Below the pieces are notes generated by a model. The model saw nothing but the letters and a program-made list of their open reading frames with translations, had not been told where the DNA came from and made no database searches. Of a stretch of DNA of 64,000 nt, positions 1 to 13,544 are shown piece after piece; positions within the stretch are counted from its first letter, which is position 1, and each line of letters begins with the position of its first letter. The stretch lies in NCBI RefSeq assembly GCF_009914755.1, contig NC_060933.1. One strand, given 5' to 3'. Origin of the DNA: the human T2T-CHM13v2.0 reference genome, Homo sapiens. A program made the position numbers and the translations under genes.

Positions 1-491
1 AATGTACTGGCTCCAGGAAAGGCTGCAGTCCTGCTCACCCACCCTACATGTTGAATGCCTGGGGCCTTACTCCTCAGACCACTGAAAATGAGATGTGAAG
101 ATAATGCAACCCCTGCACACACAACTGAAAGAATAAGATAAGCCCTACAGCAATATGAGGGAGAGACAAAAGGCAAGTCACTCATAATGAAAAAGTCTGT
201 CCTTGAGCCTATACATGGGAATGCTCAGGTGCATATTCCAGCGCAAGCTCCTGGGGAAGGACCCCGCCTTGGAGACCCCACTCATTTGTGACTTTCCTTG
301 ACACAAACAGTGGATGGCTGCCCCCAGCAAAGCATGGGAGGGTCTGTCCCCAAGGCCAAGCCTCTCAGTGCACTTTCATGCTTCCTCGTTTATGCTAGAC
401 CAATAGGTAGAACCTGGCGTCATGAGGGCTCTCTGTGGTTTCAATTGGCAATTTTCTTTTCATGAGCAAAGTTGCACTTTTTCCTATCTAG

Positions 492-854
<363 letters not shown>

Positions 855-904
855 TAATTCTCTACTTACATTTGTCCCTTTATTTCCTGGGTTGTCAGTC
901 CTGC

Positions 905-1270
905 ATTCTATTTAGTGCCACACTTTCTGGGTTTTTTTTGGTGATTTTGTTGTTTCAAATGGCTGCAGGCACCATGCTGAAGAGCTGCCCTGTGTTCTTA
1001 AGCATAGAGAAGCTGTGATGTGCCTAGGGGAGAAAATGTGTATTAGAGAAGCTTCCATCACATGTGAGTTATGGTGCTGTTGACTGAGGTTCCCTGTTAA
1101 CGAATCAACTGCCCATCCAGAAAGAGGAGAGGAAGTGTGCCGATCTGTACATGGAGCTGATTGGAAAGTGTGTTGTGTTTTGCTGGGACACAATGGTTTG
1201 GGATTCGCTAATTCAGTGTTCGAAGAGACTACAAAGCATGACTCCCCCAGATCCAAGAATCGACTGTATA
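905..1270 (+). mobile_element. TcMar-Tigger-type DNA transposon fossil
   Basis: Degenerate translation EAVMCLGEK..LEKLPSHVSYGAVD..PVNEST resembles the N-terminal CENP-B-like HTH of Tigger transposases; frameshifted and stop-containing. Confidence 0.5.
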
Positions 1271-2304
1271 AGCCGTAGATCTAGCTCCTGGATTGTGTGG
1301 CATTCTTAGAAAGCCCTCCCGCTTGGATCCTCTAGGAAATGACTTTGTCTCATCATCTTCTTCTTCGTCTCCTAATCCTGGGCTCCGTGCCCCTCGTCTG
1401 GGCAGCTTCCCGGCTATCCCGGGTGGATGATGCCTCCCACATGGTCTGTCACATGCTACAGTCATTTTCCAAGGCGAGCACTGGGCCATGTGCACAGCAG
1501 GCCGTTTGCTAGCGGCCTCACGTCTTCCCCGGGCACACCTTCAGTCTGAATGAGCCAGGCACTTCCAGGGACAGGCACAAGCAACTTGGACTGAGTCTGC
1601 TGGAAAAAAACAGAAATCTGGCAGGCAAGTTCATCAATAAGTGGAAAAAACCCTCTTCTATATTCACATGGAGAATGATGCGGCCCCTTTGGGGGTTCTC
1701 AAGGGGACTTGGTCGGCTCCAATTGCCAGGCTGCCTGGGGCCCCACTGAGTGCAAATTGGAAACTCTGGGCAGGAGAGACCCCTGCCAGCCCCAGGCCTG
1801 AGTCAGGTCGCCCAGCTGGGAGGACAACCCGGCCTTGGCCACGGTCAGAACCTGCCTGGACAGCAGGCATAGACTCTGGTCCGAGGACCCCACCAAGCCC
1901 ATTGGGTGGGGGCCGAAACTTGTGGCTGCCCGGTTCCTTCTTTCTGCTCTGTCCACACAGACCCCCGCTGGCTCTGTGGTCCTGACACACCTGTTGCTGT
2001 GTCCCCTGAAACTCCGTGTCCCCCTGTGGAAATGGAGGTGAGGACATGTGCCCAGGCAGATTGGAACGGGTGGCCATTTCTCCCTCTGTGGGCAGGCATT
2101 GCTGGCGAAGCGACGATAAGGAAGCTGGGGGTTCCCAGCCTGAGTTTGCCCAGTGTCAAGAGGACAGCAGTAGCCAGTTTCCCCAAGCTGCCCCAGCACA
2201 CCTGATGGCCATCTCTGCAGCCTGCAAAAGCCAACACATCTGCCTCCTTCCAGGGCTGCTAAGACCTTCCCCAGGACTCTCTCACAACCAGGAAAGAGGC
2301 ACCT

Positions 2305-2420
2305 CCATTGCCCCTTTGACTAATGAGGAAACTGACATTCAGATAAATTAACAAGCCAGTCGAAGGTCATGGCCAGAGGGCGTCGCCAAGGCTTAAATCA
2401 GAGCCAGGAGCCTCCAGACC
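2305..2420 (-). mobile_element. MIR SINE fragment
   Basis: atgaggaaactga core motif (reverse complement of MIR tcagtttcctcat). Confidence 0.5.
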
Positions 2421-2682
2421 CAAGATTTGAGCTGCATTCGACACTCTCTGCTGAGCCCCCTCCTTCATCTCATGGCCTCATTGGGGGTCTGTCAGCACTC
2501 CCTGTCTAAAGACACAGGCGAAACTGCCTCTTGTCTGACATGCAGACGTATGCACAAGAGCAGAAGCATTCACTGGCAGTGCTTTGGTGTATTTCCTTCC
2601 GGCATTTCTTCCTGTGCGTTGTCACTTCACAGTATCTCTAATCATTACACAACTCCATGAAGAGCATTTAAATGGCTCAGCC

Positions 2683-2977
<295 letters not shown>

Positions 2978-3239
2978 TGACCATATTTGATTATGTAGGA
3001 ATAGGACTGTTTCCTTAACTATTTATATTATTCATAATGTTTTATTACAAATAATCCTTCAGTGAACATCTTTATACAACACTATCTGCGTTGCTGGTCA
3101 CTTTGTTAGTGTAAATTCTCCAAAAGAGAATTACTAACTTAAAGGGTCAGAACAATTTTTAGGCTCTTGCTCCAGTCACAAATTGCTTTCAGAAAGCCTG
3201 TATCAGTCTACACAGGTGACTCCATTTAAAGGCAGCAGG

Positions 3240-3641
<402 letters not shown>

Positions 3642-3849
3642 TTATGCTAGAGGACAGTCAGCACACAGGGTTGGGCCTGGGGTCAACGTAGAATTAAAGG
3701 AGGGTCATGACTCAACTTTCTGTTCATAAGAGAGGAGTCCCAAGAGAGAAGCCTCAAGGGAACCTAGGACTTGCCACAGAGGCCTGGGGACAAGCTGGAT
3801 GGCAGCTGCAGGATGGAGTCTTGGGCAAGTCCTCCTGGGCTCACCTCCA

Positions 3850-4036
3850 GGCTGCACCACCTGCTGGGTGTGGAGCTCGGTCATGATGGGTCCCCTCTCC
3901 ATGCTGCATTTTCATCTGTGAATGCTGCCACATCCAGGGGGTCCTGAGGGTGAAACGAGAGTACTTTTGCAAAGCATTAGCTCAGCACCTAGCACACACT
4001 GAGTGCCCAGTAATGGTGGCCATTATTATCATTATT
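3850..4036 (+). mobile_element. MIR SINE fragment
   Basis: tcatctgtgaa ... aaagcattagctcagcacctagcacac ... cattattatcattatt resembles the MIR 3' half. Confidence 0.5.
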
Positions 4037-4476
4037 TCAGCTGTAAGACTTAACTGAGGTTTCACAACTTACTGGGCTCAACAGTTCACCTCCAGCTTCT
4101 CAAGATTCCTGGTTCCTGTTACTGGTGCAGCTTGGCAGTGGTCTGATCAGAGGAGGCTGGGGGGCAATGATGTTCTCCACGCCTGGGGGCTGGCCCTGCT
4201 TCAGCAGGAGTCCTGGTGGGGATCTCAAATACCTGCAATCCCAGGACGTTTGAGGTCTAAAGCAAAACAGAAAATATGACCTTTTATCTGGTGTGAGCCT
4301 AATCAAGTAAAATTAAATAATAACCCTGTAGTTAGAAGAAAAATGTTCAATCACATTCATTTATTTGATCTGCCCTCTCGTGTGGACAGCTGCACAGTGA
4401 TAGCTGTGTGCCTGCCACAGGGGCTGTGGTGGGGATCATGTTGAGGTAGTGACATTGTGCACAACTTAAAACACCA

Positions 4477-5458
<982 letters not shown>

Positions 5459-5459
5459 A

Positions 5460-6280
<821 letters not shown>

Positions 6281-7215
6281 AAAGTGTTTTGATATTTGGG
6301 AGTAAACGAAATGTTACATAATTTTTTAAATTACTAAAAACAGAGAAATAAGGACTGTGTTCTAGAACATTGCGCCTCCTCCCTCTGCACTCCAGACCCC
6401 CATCTCTGGCTCTGGCGGCCAGATGTCCCTAGCAGCAGCAGGGAAGCAGGCCAAGCCAAGTTCACCATCCCCTCCCACAGCACGCCCGCTCCGGAGCTCC
6501 CTCTGACCTTCCCCAGTGGCTCCACATTCTCCCCCATCTCTCTAGGCCCAGATGTCACTCTCCCCTGTGGGCCCATGGGGAACATGTGGTAGCCTAGGCT
6601 TGGGGTCAATCAAGGAGATGTGGCCAGATTACCCCTGGGAAGGTCATACCCTGAAGAAAGCAAAATCCTGACACTTCCCTGGCTTGCCCTTCACATGACA
6701 CGCTCTGCTCTGGACATAAGCCGAAAGCCAGTGTCACCCTGGCTGGTTCTGGTCCCCAGCGAATCCAACCTTGGGTATTTCCTTGAAAATGTCAGCCTCA
6801 ACTTCCTGCTAACACAGCCTCATTTCCAATTCTTGCCAGCTGTGCCCGATGATTTGTTGTGGCCACTGGGAATATGTCACAACGGAGGATGCTGCTGGTT
6901 TTCCACCATGAATGGGCCGGTGTCAACTCAGCAATCATGGGATGTCAGTTGTTGGCCCGCTATGCCCCTTAGCTTTTCTCAGGTCTCTGTCCTCTTTCTC
7001 TGGGGGACTGGTGCCACCCAGTCCTGCACCATCAGACAGGCTAGGGGTGTGTCCTGGTGCCTCAGGTGGCCGCTGCCCTGGGGCTAAAGGACTGCATTGC
7101 TTATTTCCTCCTGGGGGCATGGATCCCCTCCCTCCATGAACCGTTTAGTCAACCCGGAACCCCTTGAGGCCCTGCTGGACCCTGCACCTCCAAGAACAGA
7201 GGAACAGGATTCTTT

Positions 7216-7564
7216 ATTTTCTGTTTTATTTTTTTCTTTCTTTCCTTCTTTTCTTTCCTTCCCTCCCTTCCTTCCCTCCCTCCCTCTCTCTTTCTTTCCT
7301 TCTTTGTTTCTTCTTGACAGAGTGCAATCTCAGCTCACTGCAACCTCTCCGCCTTCTGGGTTCAAGTGACTCTCTTGCCTCAGACTTCTGAGTAGCTGGA
7401 ATTACAGGTGTGAGCCACCATGCCCAGCTAATTTTTGTATTTTTAGTAGAAATGGGGTTTCACCATGTTAGCCAGGCTGGTCTCGAACTCCTGACTTCAA
7501 GTGATCCACCTGTCTCAGCCTCCCAAAGTGCTGGGACTACAGGCATGAGCCACTTCACCCGGCC
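7216..7564 (-). mobile_element. Alu SINE with expanded CT-rich tail and internal deletion
   Basis: (TTTC/CCTT)n at 7216-7315, then antisense Alu body. Confidence 0.88.
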
Positions 7565-8310
7565 ACAGGGTTCTTTAAATAGTGGGTACTCTGCAGCCTT
7601 TCCACCCTGCCGTGGAGCCTCCGCCAGGAGACCAGAGCAGCAAGGCCCCCATCATCTGCCCTTTAAGCCACATGAGCTGGCTTAGCCGGCCTGACCCACA
7701 AAAATGAAATAAAAGCCTTGGTGAGCAGGACCTGAGGTCTTTTCCAGGGGCAACAGGTACCTGTCTGCCCCTCAGGGCCACCTGGGAGCCGGGTGTCAGC
7801 GTCCAAGTCAGGGAAGCTGTGGGGCTCCAGAAGCTGAACTTTGATTCCTCCCCTGAGAGAAACAAGCAACCCTGAGAGGCACATGGCATGAGGCTGCTCT
7901 CGGGGAGCACAGCAAAACAAGATTTGCGGCCAGAGAGTGGAATGGAGGGTCAGCTCTGTTGCTCTTTCCATGCAAGTGCACCCCCCACGCAGGCAGCTTT
8001 TATTGAGTGCCATTGTGTGCCAGACCCTCGCAGCACGTGGAGTCTCCGCAGGACCACCTGGAAGCTTTCAAACACCTGAGGCCAGGCCCACCCCATCCCA
8101 CACAGCAGAATCTCCGGTTGCGGAGGCGGCATCTCAGGCCTTGGAGATGCTGCAGGGCAGCTGTGTGTAAGACTCACTGGGCTAGAGGGCGTGAGACAGG
8201 GTCATGCAGGTCCGACGGTGACTCCTACCAGCAGCTGAGATGGCCCAGCGGGTCCCACACTACAGATAGAGAAACTGAGGCCAGAGGAGCTGCGGGGGAG
8301 GTCAGGGTGA

Positions 8311-8854
<544 letters not shown>

Positions 8855-9689
8855 TACTTTTAGCTGTATGATCTGCCTTACCAGAACTGAGCGTCACCCC
8901 AAATCTCACCTCTCCACTAGAATCGCAAATAAAGTCCTACACAGTGAAGTGTTGACTTAGGAAACGGGATCGTTTTCTGATTTGTGTGTCATACTTCGGA
9001 ACATTTCTAATGGAACCCTGCTGTTGGAAGGAAACAAGTTCTTCAACCATTCATCCATCACAGCTGAGTCAGAAGCGTTGTGTCATCCTGTACCACCCGA
9101 CCTGCCTACCTCAGGCCCTACCCACGGGGAGCTTCCATCCTGCTGGTTGTCCTGAGGCTCTATGACCCACAGCAGGAAGACACTGCAGCCTGGTCATGCC
9201 CTTCCCATCCTCTGACATCATCTTCCAGGAGTAGGGGCCCGAGCTTCCACAGCCCACCTGCTCCCACCTACTGCCACCTTCCTGCCACCACACACTGTCA
9301 GGCCTTCATCCTGTCCCCACGCCCTTCCTCAGGTCACAGGTCTTCCTGCATTCCCCCAAGCCACTTGCCTGGCCTCTCTGGGCTCTGCTTTTCCAGCACT
9401 GTCCTCCTCATCTGATGCCCCTGCCAGGGTATTCTCCCCATGGTGTGACCCGGGGGGCACTCAGGCAAGTGGCCTGGCCACACTGGACCTGAGCACTAGA
9501 TAGGTTGCCTGACTCCACTCAGAGGCAGAACCTGCCCCACGGGGCAATTGTGGACTGAGCTCCAGCTGGGCATGGCTAGACCCTGCTCTTCCTTCTAGCC
9601 AGTGACCCTCAATGGGCCCTGATGTGAGCAGAGGCAGTGGAGCTAGCCCCATCTCCTTTCCTCCCTTCTTTCATGAGCATTTGTTGAAT

Positions 9690-9790
9690 GCCTTTTGTTG
9701 CCAAGACTGTTGAGCATGACCATTATGCCCATCTCACAGATGAGCAAACTGAAACCATGGTCCTGTTGCTTGCTGAGGCCCAGCTCCTGG
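9690..9790 (-). mobile_element. MIR SINE fragment
   Basis: cccatctcacagatgagcaaactga core. Confidence 0.5.
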
Positions 9791-10043
9791 AACTGCATCT
9801 GCATGGAGCAGGTGTGTGCCTGCACGTGCCTACTGGCTGGGTAGGCTGGAGCATAGCCTGGACTTGGGAGAAACTTTTTTCACCAAAGGGGCTCCCTGGC
9901 ATTGTGGAAGCTAAGGTGATAGCTGTGGGTAGAGGTCACTGTCTCCACTCTGAGGCCTTGAGAAAGTTACTTAAAGTTGAAAAATCTCTGGGCAAGACCT
10001 CAATGTACTCATCTGTTCTAAACATCGAAGACAAATGCTGCCC

Positions 10044-10342
10044 CGTAATCCCAGCACTTTGGGAGGCTGAGGTGGTTGGATCACTTGAGGTCAGGAGTCC
10101 GATACCAGCCCGGCCAACATGGTGAAACCTCATCTCTACTAAAAATACAAAATTAGCTGGGCGTGGTGGTGGGCGCCTGTAATCCCAGCTACTCAGGAGG
10201 CTGAGGCAGGAGAATTGCTTGATCCTGGGAGGCAGAGGTTGCAGTGAGCTGAGCTGAGATCCCGTCACTGCACTCCAGCCTGGGCAACAAAGTGAAACTC
10301 CATCTCAAAAAAACAAAAACAAAAGCAGAAAACAAAAAACAA
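10044..10342 (+). mobile_element. Alu SINE (slightly 5'-truncated)
   Basis: gtaatcccagcactttgggaggctgagg ... catctc, then (AAAAC)n tail. Confidence 0.92.
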
Positions 10343-11477
10343 ACCTCCAAAAGACAAATGCTGGCATCATGACCCTGGATCATGCAGCCTCAGGACACCC
10401 AGTAAAGCAGACTACAGTATTTATACTCCCCGTCTTAGCAGCAGGGAGATGGAAGCTCAGAGATATCCAGTGACCTGCCAAAGGGCATATAGCCAGTGCT
10501 GTGAAGTCCTGACTTCCAAGGTCTGTCCAAGGATCCCTCAGGCTCCATCTGCCAGGATCCCAGGAGCTGCTCCTGAGCCCAGCCTGAGATTCCTTGCAGA
10601 GGAAACTGTGACCTGTCCACTACTGACTTAGCTGTGTACCCTAATGGTCATGGGTTGGCAGAGAGAATGAGCTCTCCACCATGGGAGGTGTGTAAGCAGA
10701 GATGCGTGAATTCACCCCAAGGGCTCAGAGAGCACACAGTACTCTCTCAGGGACAGGCTGTCCCCCACTCCCCACAGCCTGGGCTGCTCCCTGCTGATTT
10801 GTGGGTGTAGCCATCCTTTCCCACGCATGTGTACAAGTGTGGGTGGGCAGCAGCCATGGGTGCTGATGAACCTTCTCCGATGCTGGCAGGTATTTTGCCC
10901 ACACACTGCCAGTGTGGCCTGTTGGGAGCAGGAGGAGGCCAGATAGGTGTGTGCTGGTCTCAGAACACGCTTAGCTCTGTCCCATCCTGGTTTTCCCTTG
11001 GATAGGCTTGAACACACCCATCATGAACAGGTCTGTGGACTTGGTGCCCTTCCTAGATTGACTGAATCTACAAGGAATTGGCAGCCTTTTAAGGTGGGCA
11101 AGTCAGGATGATCAGCCCACTCTGCAGGGCCAGATACTGAGGCTCAGGAAGGACCAGGACTTGCCCAAGTTCACTCAGCTGGTTAGGGGCAAGGTTGGGG
11201 GGTCTTTAGCCTCCAAAGGGAAGACAGAAAAGATCCTTTTCCACCCCTGACCTCTAACTGGAAGACTCCTGCCCCAGGAGATGCAACTTAGATCCCTGTC
11301 CCTCAGGCCTCTCTGTCCTGCAGAGCTGGCGTCTGCTGTTTGGCCTCCTCCTCGTGTGAGCTCTGGGCTCATGCCAGCGGACTTGAGCCCCGGAATGAAT
11401 GCCTGTCTCACACGGTAGATTAGATTATATAAATAACAGGCAAGTGCCAAATGCATAGCCCTACACCTAGCACACTA

Positions 11478-11655
11478 TTTAACCACTGGCTCTCTGGGGA
11501 GAAAAGTCCTGATTTGAGGTGTTTGCCAATTTCCGCAGTGTAAATACTCCCAGCATTGCTGACTTCAGGCTACAGGGTGGCATTGCTGAACCCAGAGCTG
11601 GGAAGGGATGTTCACTGTTGCCCCTCACAAATTAGTTTCAGCCAGTGCCAGTGCC
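11478..11655 (-). mobile_element. MER63-like hAT DNA transposon
   Basis: cctgatttg..gtttgccaatttccgcagtgtaaatactccca matches the recalled MER63 consensus in reverse. Confidence 0.65.
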
Positions 11656-11894
11656 CAGCGGGGCTCCAGGAAGTCCTGCTTCTCTGGGTAACAGTTGGCC
11701 TGGCATATTCTTCCCTCTACATTGTGAAGGTGAGATATCGCCTCTGCTGGCTTTTATGCCACATGAGTTATTTTGTGCCAGGGGCTCCAAGGCCTACAGG
11801 CCCACAAGCATCTTTTCATCTCTGGAAGTGTGTGTGTATCTGATGGGGGTGCCAGCCCAGTGGGATGGGGACTGAGATGAGAATACTCTGGTAT

Positions 11895-12010
11895 CTCCCT
11901 TGTGCCTCAGTTTCCTCACCTAGGATCATGGAGGCTGGGGTAAGGGTGAAGTGTTAGCTCAGGGCATTGCCTGGAGCAGGGCTCAGAACTTAGCAGTATG
12001 GTTACTGACA
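11895..12010 (+). mobile_element. MIR SINE fragment
   Basis: tgtgcctcagtttcctcac core. Confidence 0.5.
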
Positions 12011-12728
12011 CAGGTCACCTGCTGCATTAGGGCCAGAGACGCCCAAGAGAGGGCTTGTCCGTGGGGGTCTAGAGGAGGAAGGAGCTAGAGATCATGGAAG
12101 ACTTCTCGGGAGAGGTGGCATCTGGCAGAGGTGGGAAGGAAGAACACTTTGGGTCAAGGGGCTTCTGGAAGCCTCTCCATATCCCATCCAAGGCATTCCA
12201 GCTCAGCTTCGGTCTTGAAAGTTCTGGGATTTAGAGCATATAACTTCTGCCTTTGGCGCCTCAGTTTGCTCTAGACTGTGAAATGGGCATAATGATCACC
12301 AGTGCCTCCCTGGGTGATGATGAGGTCCTCATGGTTCCTGGTGGTGAAGTGAGGGCAGGAAAGGACACGCTGAGCCCCACCAGGCTTAGCCCCAGGCTGG
12401 GCTCCCGAGGGCGGCGGTACCCCTGGTCCTTTTCTTCCTAGCCTGCCCATTCTGTCCTGGCACAGGGCCTTGAGGTCTAGCGCGCCGGGCTGCGGCGTGC
12501 TGAGGCGTTGAGCCTGCTGCCTCCTCTCAGGAAGAAACGGGGTCCTCCGCAGCTGACAGCCCTGCGGGGCGTTCCAAAGAACTTCAGAGGACAGGAGCGC
12601 TACCTCGAGCAAAGAACCGCGGGTGGGAGCCCAGGTAGCCGGCCCGCAGGTGGCCGCGCGCGCCCGCCAGTCAGCCAGCCCGTCCGCAGCCAGGTGGGCG
12701 TGCCAGGCCCAGCCCCCTGCGCCGGTCC

Positions 12729-12755
12729 GGGGCGGGGCGAACGGAGCCCCGCCCT
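12729..12755. promoter_or_regulatory. Pair of inverted Sp1/KLF GC boxes
   Basis: GGGGCGGGGC at 12729-12738 and GCCCCGCCC at 12746-12754. Confidence 0.6.
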
Positions 12756-13000
12756 CCCCGCGCGCCGGGTCGGAGCCGGTGCGGGAGCGGAGCCGCGCGA
12801 AGCCGGCAGGAGCACGCGGGAGCGCGGCCCCGCAGTGGCCCGGCCCGAGAGAGCAGCGCGCAGGAGCTGGAGCGGCGCCACGGCCCCCACCCCAGCGCGG
12901 ACCTCGCCCGGAACTCGGACCCCGTCCTCGAAGCGTGATCTCTCCCGCCTCGCACGCCCTGGCCGCCGGGCCGCGGGCATGGACGGCGTCCGCTCGCCCT
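12750..13000 (+). other. WNK2: Probable non-coding first exon (5' UTR) of WNK2; 5' boundary approximate
   Basis: Consensus donor CCT|GTGAGT at 13001-13006 inside the CpG island. It lies 542 nt upstream of an AG acceptor that sits 2 nt before the ATG, so an upstream exon is needed. The TSS cannot be read from sequence and is placed just downstream of the GC boxes. Confidence 0.7.
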
Positions 13001-13544
13001 GTGAGTGCCGAGCCTCCCCTCAACGCCGCTCGCCGCCTTTGTGTGCGCGCCGCGGCGCTGCAGCCCCCTCCCCGCGCGCCCCTCCCGCGCCCCGGGCCCG
13101 CGTCCTTTGTGGAGCCGCCGCCGGGCCACTGCCTTCCTCCCACCCCCGGGCTTCCCTATCCCCTTTACAGCTGCCTCCGGGACAGCCTAGCAGAACCCTC
13201 CTGGGCCAGGGCTGGGCAGGGCGCGAGATCCCTCTGCCGGCCTCCGGGGCCCTCAGGGACACCCTAGCAGGTCCTCTCTCCCAGGGTTCCAGGGACACCA
13301 CAGGCCCGTCCCTCTCCGCAGCCTGGGGCTGAGCAGGGCACGGACCCCTCCTCCCCAACCCAAGCCTCTGGTCCCGTCTGCAGCCCCCCTTTCCCAGGGC
13401 CCCCAGAGACGGCCCCCGCAGGCTCTCTCCGCGGCCGGGGCTGGGCAGGTTGCGGGCTTAGGGCGGCGTTGTCTCATCCGGCGGCCTGGGCAGGTGCGGC
13501 AGGGCCGGCGCTCACGCGGGCCTGTGTGTCCTTGGCCCACAGAG
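12979..13544 (+). other. Spliced upstream ORF MDGVRSP* (12979-13000 joined to 13543-13544)
   Basis: ATG GAC GGC GTC CGC TCG CCC T|AG, Kozak GGGCATGG. Depends on the 13000/13543 junction. Confidence 0.6.

Noticed and set aside
12641-12657. CTCF-like motif GGCCCGCAGGTGGCCGC upstream of the promoter
   Set aside because: Two mismatches to the core consensus in very GC-rich sequence; not supportable without a PWM scan or ChIP data.
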